Positions 58,682-64,000 of a stretch of 64,000 nt of DNA are shown here, one piece after another. Position numbers and translations under genes: made by a program. Where the stretch lies: contig JBHLLF010000004.1 of the NCBI GenBank assembly GCA_048885865.1, positions 1 through 64,000 on the forward strand. The letters are read 5' to 3'. The notes beneath the pieces were generated by a model, which did not search any database, was not told the DNA's origin, and was given only the letters and a program-made list of their open reading frames with translations. This DNA comes from Candidatus Hermodarchaeota archaeon (GTDB lineage: Archaea > Asgardarchaeota > Thorarchaeia > Thorarchaeales > Thorarchaeaceae). Each line of letters begins with the position of its first letter. The stretch's first letter is position 1.

Positions 58682-59725
58682 ATGAGTAACACAAACAGTA
58701 GGATACGCTACCTTTTGCCTGTATTCCTATTCCTTCTGGGCGCATGGTTCACATGGGATATGATAACTGAGGTCACCGATGTGGTCAGTCCCGTCGCTGT
58801 TTTGCCCGTCATGAGCACATTTTGGCGTGTTGATGTGACTTTCTTTCTCTTTATTGCCATCCCTATATACATACTCGAGTACGCCATTATAGCTGTACCA
58901 GCTGCAGGTCTATTGCTGCTATATGCTAGCATTATCAGGTCGACTTCATATGAGATGAACATCATGAACATTGGAACGGAATTTGGTGGAGTTCGTATGG
59001 TACGCAGAGCAGTGGCCCCAGCTCTTTTCAGCCTCAGCTCATCCAATTTCCTTATTGTTCCGATTAAAGAATGGCTATTTGGTCCCGATCCTGCAATTCC
59101 AGCAGGTATGGGTATTGCCTTCAACTTTGCCCTCTCTTTGATGGCTGGCCTACTATTCCTCCTAGTAGCTCTTCCACTGTTTATGCCTACGTGGGTTCTC
59201 AATGATGCAGGAATAGTCACCCATCTAAAGGACGACAAGTTGAACATTCGTCAGTGTCCCGACACTCAGGGGGTGGGGAGATGGGTTGGCAATGTGCTGG
59301 GCGGATTTGCGATAATTGCATATCCAATCTCTGCATTCCAGAACTACTTCTTGAATCCACTATTGGAAGACCCGCTTGTTTTCACAGATTTCGACAGTCT
59401 AGTCGTCAGCCTGTTCTGGACAGTTGGACTCCCATTCCTCGTCATGGCGTTCATCTTGCCAGTAATCGCTGCGAATGAGTTGAATCAGAAAAGACTTAGA
59501 CGCCAGATATCCGGAGTCGCAACAAAGATGGGGGCAACTGTAGTCCTGAAGCCACAAATCGAGAAGATAGACAGCGAGAAAGCATTGGCGGCCAGGAAGC
59601 GGGTGATAAAGAAGGAAGGCATTCTGGAAACGGAAGAGGTAGCCGAGATAATAACCTCTGCAAAAGGGATTAAGAAACCCAAGAAGAATGACAAGAGGAA
59701 GAAAAAGCCTGCTAAGAAGAAATAG
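58682..59725 (+). CDS. Hypothetical multi-TM protein with Lys-rich C-terminus
   Basis: About six hydrophobic segments; W.L.DAG; KKPAKKK end. Confidence 0.75.
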   Translation: MSNTNSRIRYLLPVFLFLLGAWFTWDMITEVTDVVSPVAVLPVMSTFWRVDVTFFLFIAIPIYILEYAIIAVPAAGLLLLYASIIRSTSYEMNIMNIGTEFGGVRMVRRAVAPALFSLSSSNFLIVPIKEWLFGPDPAIPAGMGIAFNFALSLMAGLLFLLVALPLFMPTWVLNDAGIVTHLKDDKLNIRQCPDTQGVGRWVGNVLGGFAIIAYPISAFQNYFLNPLLEDPLVFTDFDSLVVSLFWTVGLPFLVMAFILPVIAANELNQKRLRRQISGVATKMGATVVLKPQIEKIDSEKALAARKRVIKKEGILETEEVAEIITSAKGIKKPKKNDKRKKKPAKKK

Positions 59726-59780
59726 TGCTTTTACAGAATCTATATAACGAGCACAGCAGGTCCACCAGCAAACTCAGTGC

Positions 59781-60392
59781 ATGTCTGGATGGTTGGGTCC
59801 AATGGCCGAAGAAAGGAACGTTGTCATTGTTACAGGAATTGCAGGAGTTGGAAAGACCACTGTCATCAACACTGCCGTACAGATGATCAAGGATAAGCAT
59901 GACGAAGAGGTTCTCATTCTCACTATCGGGACAGAGATGTTTGAGATAGCTTCTGAGCGCGGCTTCATCACGGATAGAGACGAGCTGAGAAAGATGCCTA
60001 CAGCAAGGCAAAGAGAAGTCCAAAGGCTTGCGGGAGAGGAGATTGCCCGAAAGGCGAAGACCGCCAGAGTAATCGTTGACACGCATACTCTCATCCAAAC
60101 AAAGAATGGCTTCCTCATTGGACTTCCTGAGTGGGTCGCGAAGCCTATTCAGCCAAAGACTGTTGTTCTGGTGGAAGCAGATCCAGAGAAGATAGCTGGT
60201 CGCAGGAAAACAGACGAAACCAGAACACGCGATGCTCAATTGACTGATGAGATTGACACACACCAGAGAATGTGTAGAGCCGCAGCAATCGCAGTGGGCA
60301 CGATAACTGGAGCGACCGTTAGAATAATCAAGAATCGAGAGGGAAAGGTAGAAGAGGCCGCTTCCGAACTGGCAGCTACGTTGATGGAGTGA
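59781..60392 (+). CDS. adkA: Adenylate kinase (archaeal type)
   Basis: TGIAGVGKTT, RDELRK, VDTH, GLP.WV. Confidence 0.95.
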   Translation: MSGWLGPMAEERNVVIVTGIAGVGKTTVINTAVQMIKDKHDEEVLILTIGTEMFEIASERGFITDRDELRKMPTARQREVQRLAGEEIARKAKTARVIVDTHTLIQTKNGFLIGLPEWVAKPIQPKTVVLVEADPEKIAGRRKTDETRTRDAQLTDEIDTHQRMCRAAAIAVGTITGATVRIIKNREGKVEEAASELAATLME

Positions 60393-60961
60393 AGCAAATG
60401 CAAGATATCTTCGCCGGATTCCAGACTTGGTTCAACACAACCTTTGCTATTTTTCAAGAAGCCCCTATGGCTGCGCTGTTCATAATGATATTCTCGATAG
60501 GGATAACAACTATCAGTAATCTCGCTCAGAGACGGTTCACCGACACAAGACGGCTCAAGAGGTATCAGGCTGAAATTAAGCAACATCAGGAGATGCAGAA
60601 AGAGGCTGAAAAGACACAGAATGAGAAACTATTGAGGAAAGTGCGGAGAAGAAAAGCCTACATCGAGAGAATTCAGCGGGAAAGCATGACTGCACGCTGT
60701 AAGCCCTCCCTCTTGTTCTTCATCCCCTTTATCATCGTATTCCAAGTCCTTCGAGGATTTTACTTTGATACTGTTGCAGGTGTCGATAGGATTGTTGCAA
60801 TAATACCATTCAGCATCCATAAGCTCCTGCCTTTCTTCGAGGGTTGGCTTGGATTCGCCCACCCCCTGGGCTTTGGGATGACCTATTTTGGATTCTACAT
60901 GATGGTCGGACTTGGACTTGGACAGATACTCCAAAGGCTCATGGGCGTTTCACTTACTTAG
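60389..60961 (+). CDS. EMC3/TMCO1/Get1 (DUF106, Oxa1 superfamily) membrane protein
   Basis: TM, coiled coil, KP...IP TM, TM layout; conserved position after adk. Confidence 0.85.
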   Translation: MKQMQDIFAGFQTWFNTTFAIFQEAPMAALFIMIFSIGITTISNLAQRRFTDTRRLKRYQAEIKQHQEMQKEAEKTQNEKLLRKVRRRKAYIERIQRESMTARCKPSLLFFIPFIIVFQVLRGFYFDTVAGVDRIVAIIPFSIHKLLPFFEGWLGFAHPLGFGMTYFGFYMMVGLGLGQILQRLMGVSLT

Positions 60962-61115
60962 AGAGCGTTAATACTTCATCAGAGTAGTGGATTCAGGCAA
61001 AACCCGATTGGAACGCAGGTTCATTTCAAACGACCGACCTGACGCACCGCTTTCCTTAAAAGGAGAAATCGAGGGCTCCTATGAAAAGCCACTGATTGCT
61101 GGTGGGTGATATTAG

Positions 61116-61385
61116 ATGCCACGACCTGGTGAGCTGACGAGAGGAAGAGCAAATCGTACTATTAGGACTCCTGGTGGTCGTCGGGTGGTCCACAGAAGAA
61201 AGATCTACAGTGCCAGGGGAACATGCTCATTGACAGGCAACAAGATGCAGCTTCCCCAGAAGGCAAAGCAAAGAAAGACTGGCAGGTCAAGCCGCTCCTC
61301 CAAGAGACCAAATCGCCCATATGGTGGTTTTGCGACATCCAGAGCAGTAAGGCGATGGATAATACGAAAGGCGCGAGAACAGTAA
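61116..61385 (+). CDS. rpl34e: Ribosomal protein eL34
   Basis: RTPGG, SKRPNRPYGG. Confidence 0.93.
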   Translation: MPRPGELTRGRANRTIRTPGGRRVVHRRKIYSARGTCSLTGNKMQLPQKAKQRKTGRSSRSSKRPNRPYGGFATSRAVRRWIIRKAREQ

Positions 61386-61386
61386 G

Positions 61387-61929
61387 ATGAAGCGCGTCGT
61401 CACTATCGGAGGGCTTCACGGAACCGGAAAGAGCTCTGTTGCTGATAGAATCTCCAAGGAGTTCAATCTGAGGAGGATTTCTGCAGGCATCATTTTTCGA
61501 AGACTAGCTGAGGAGAGAGGACTTACTCTTGAGGAGTTCAGCCGAGTAGCTGAGCAGGATGAGCAGATCGACCGACTTCTTGACAATACTCTCAGGGAAG
61601 AAGCGGAGAAGGGCAATGCTGTAATTGATGGCCAGCTAGCCGCATGGATGGCTGGAGAGCATGCAGACTTCAAGATTCTACTCACAGCTCCACTCGATGT
61701 TCGGGTAAGGAGAATCTCAGAACGAGATGGCACCGACTATGAGTATGCGAAACGTGAGACCATTGCTCGAGAAGGTAGCGAGAGTGCTAGGTACAAGGAG
61801 TTCTATGGAGTCGACATCTCTGACAAGTCAATATATGACCTGATTCTAAGAACTGACAAATATGACCTTGAAGGAGTTGTTAAGATTCTCTCGACCGCAA
61901 TTCAGACCTTTTTCGACCAGAATGAATAG
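61387..61929 (+). CDS. cmk: Cytidylate kinase (archaeal)
   Basis: G..GTGKS, SAG.IFR, RY...YG.D..D.SIYDL. Confidence 0.95.
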   Translation: MKRVVTIGGLHGTGKSSVADRISKEFNLRRISAGIIFRRLAEERGLTLEEFSRVAEQDEQIDRLLDNTLREEAEKGNAVIDGQLAAWMAGEHADFKILLTAPLDVRVRRISERDGTDYEYAKRETIAREGSESARYKEFYGVDISDKSIYDLILRTDKYDLEGVVKILSTAIQTFFDQNE

Positions 61930-62054
61930 ATGGCGGAAGCGCAAGGCTGATATGTCAATCAGCGGTCGAAAGTCTGTTCTCCCAGTCCAAAGGGATGAGA
62001 CCGCGAGGCGACTTGCGGCCCCAGCTGGACCAAGGACCGGCGAGGTGTAGTGAA

Positions 62055-62336
62055 ATGACTCTGTATAATGTTGGACGAGTTTGCATTAAGACAGTAGGAA
62101 GAGAAACAGGTAGCTATTGCGTGATAGTGGATGAGATGGAAGGCCGATTTGTTGTTGTGACTGGTCCCAAACATCTTAGCAGTGTGCGACGACGCAAGTG
62201 TAACATTCGTCACTTAGAACCCCTGGAAACTGTGATTCCTATTGAGAAGGGTGCAGATGACGAAACTGTGGAAAAGGCGCTTGGTGAGGCTGGGCTGACT
62301 GATAGGTTCAGGGAGAAGATACGGCTGCCTGAGTAG
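62055..62336 (+). CDS. rpl14e: Ribosomal protein eL14
   Basis: GRVCIK..GRE.G..CVIV, TGPK...V.RR.CN..HLEP. Confidence 0.95.
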   Translation: MTLYNVGRVCIKTVGRETGSYCVIVDEMEGRFVVVTGPKHLSSVRRRKCNIRHLEPLETVIPIEKGADDETVEKALGEAGLTDRFREKIRLPE

Positions 62337-62371
62337 CTAGCCACTCGTGGTGGTTCAATGGAGGATAGGCA

Positions 62372-63379
62372 ATGACAGGCCTTCTGCCAGCGGACCAGCC
62401 CCGTGAAGTTCTCTTGAAGTCAGAGGACTCAACAGACCCTGATTTCGGTTTTTCAGACCTTGAGAAGCTCCCCATTGAGCATCTTTTGGAAAATGGTGTG
62501 ATTTCACTGGATAAACCTGCTGGACCAACAAGCCATGAAGTTGCAACATGGGTCAGGAAGATTTTAGGTGCGGAACGTGTAGGTCACGGTGGCACGCTGG
62601 ATCCCGGAGTCACAGGGATTCTTCCAACTGGCGTTGGCAATGCTACAAAGGTTATGCAATCTCTTCTTCCAGCTGGCAAAGAGTATGTATGTGTAATGGA
62701 ACTCCATCATTTGGTTGGCGAGGATGAAATCAGAACCGTTGTGGAGGAGTTCACAGGCAAAATCTACCAACGACCGCCATTGCGGTCCGCCGTTAAGAGA
62801 GTGCTCAGAGTAAGAGAGATTTACTATAACGACATCTTAGAAATCGAAGGCAGACTAGTGCTTTTTAGAGTGGGATGCGAAGCGGGGACATATATTCGCA
62901 AGCTATGCTCAGATATCGGAGAAGCATTGGGAGTGGGAGGGCATATGAAAGAACTCAGACGCACTCGTGTGGGTCCGTTTCGGGAAGATGAGCACCTTTG
63001 CACACTCTACGATCTCAAGGACGCCTACGAATTCTGGAATGAGGACGGAGATGAAGCCGAGCTTCGCAGGTATCTTCTACCAATCGAGTTTGCTATGAGT
63101 CATCTCCCGAGCATCTCAGTTCGCGATAGTGCTGTCGATGCTATATGCCATGGAGCGAACCTTGCGGCTAGCGGCATTGTCAGTCTAAGCTCTGGAATGA
63201 AGAAGGATGACATGGTCCTATTCAAGACTCTGAAGGGAGAGGCGATTGGCATAGGCACCTGCAACAAGACGTCTGATGCCATTCTCAAAGCGAAGAGTGG
63301 AATTGTAGCTACCACTGAACGGGTATTCATGGAAAGGGGACGATATCCAGTGATGTGGAAGAAGAGAGCAACTGATTGA
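62372..63379 (+). CDS. cbf5: H/ACA pseudouridine synthase Cbf5
   Basis: DKP.GPTSHEV, GHGGTLDP, QRPP.RSAVKR, GTYIRKLC, PUA domain. Confidence 0.97.
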   Translation: MTGLLPADQPREVLLKSEDSTDPDFGFSDLEKLPIEHLLENGVISLDKPAGPTSHEVATWVRKILGAERVGHGGTLDPGVTGILPTGVGNATKVMQSLLPAGKEYVCVMELHHLVGEDEIRTVVEEFTGKIYQRPPLRSAVKRVLRVREIYYNDILEIEGRLVLFRVGCEAGTYIRKLCSDIGEALGVGGHMKELRRTRVGPFREDEHLCTLYDLKDAYEFWNEDGDEAELRRYLLPIEFAMSHLPSISVRDSAVDAICHGANLAASGIVSLSSGMKKDDMVLFKTLKGEAIGIGTCNKTSDAILKAKSGIVATTERVFMERGRYPVMWKKRATD

Positions 63380-63421
63380 GGTTGGACCAGCTTTTTATGA
63401 TAACTTGTACATAACTGCCAA

Positions 63422-63773
63422 GTGGCTCTGGAGCGAAAGAGCGACTGACGGTACTTGTCCTCGGACAAGAGCTGAGGAAGTTCCCGACTGCAAGTCGACA
63501 CCGGTCCCGTTGACGCGGGGAGGTGAGAACCTCGCTCTGGAAACAGAAACGAAACCCCCAGGTCAGATTCGACAATGATGCAGCAATTCAAGCTGTTGAG
63601 GACTGGTCTGGATTGGTTGAAACGGTCCATCACCGGGCAGCAATCTCAAGATTTTGCCGTTGATTGTCGACAGGAGGCAAAGGGTAGAGAGCTTAGTCTG
63701 ATGTCGCAAGACTCCAACTTGGCGACGAGATGGAGTGGAACAGAATCGGGGCTATTCTTCGGACCAGAGCCAC
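63422..63773 (+). ncRNA. rnpB: RNase P RNA
   Basis: Terminal stem GTGGCTCTGG/CCAGAGCCAC; GAGGAAGTTCCCGA pairs with AACAGAATCGGGGCTA (P4); ACAGAAACG and GAAAC conserved regions; TTTTAT box upstream. Confidence 0.93.
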
Positions 63774-63783
63774 GCTTCATTCA

Positions 63784-64000
63784 TTATTCCAATCTCTGAT
63801 GTTCATTCATTATCTCAGCTTGAACCTTTACAATCTCTGAGCTATTGGTACATGATGCATAGGAGTCTAACCATTCTCTGTTCAGTGTAATGAATGAAGG
63901 CCCCCACTTAAAGACGGACAATATGTCATCAGCGCCATCAATGTCGCCAAGAATATAGAGTGCAGCGGCAATAGCTTCCGCTGTTGAGAGCTTAATCGGT
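63784..64000 (-). CDS. tsr3: rRNA aminocarboxypropyltransferase Tsr3 (DUF367), 3' part
   Basis: Hand-translated: PIKLSTAEAIAAALYILG...FKWGPSFITLN..WL..Y. Confidence 0.9.
   Translation of the reverse strand, partial: PIKLSTAEAIAAALYILGDIDGADDILSVFKWGPSFITLNREWLDSYASCTNSSEIVKVQAEIMNEHQRLE

Noticed and set aside
63100-63799. ORFs 63100-63633, 63327-63575 and 63575-63799
   Set aside because: They overlap cbf5 and the RNase P RNA and have no protein-like features
1-64000. CRISPR arrays, transposases, prophage or rRNA genes
   Set aside because: No periodic repeats, transposase/integrase motifs or rRNA-like sequence seen by eye

Overview
Gene-dense archaeal chromosomal segment of roughly mid GC. 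Its gene content points to Asgard archaea, most likely Thorarchaeia (inference): Sec machinery, a roadblock protein, a Get3-type ATPase, HdrABC, GGGPS and archaeal ribosomal proteins. Main blocks: (1) assorted metabolism/transport genes and leuS (1-13 kb). (2) A compact selenocysteine biosynthesis/insertion locus: PSTK, an unannotated tRNA-Sec(UCA), an unknown gene, SepSecS and SelB (14.9-19.2 kb), with a SelD/AIR-synthase-fold gene nearby. (3) Housekeeping genes: two TFBs plus a TFB-like cyclin-fold protein, EndA, Get3 with a coupled micro-ORF, Rpo12, aIF1, Map, roadblock, GGGPS. (4) An all-cysteine hdrA-mvhD/hdrC/hdrB operon, mobA and hypD. (5) The uL22-to-secY-adk-cbf5 ribosomal superoperon, with a strongly structured leader and several inserted genes. 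(6) An unannotated RNase P RNA and a partial tsr3. I saw no CRISPR array, transposase, or convincing in-frame-UGA selenoprotein gene. All protein identifications come from motif recognition by eye, not database searches.
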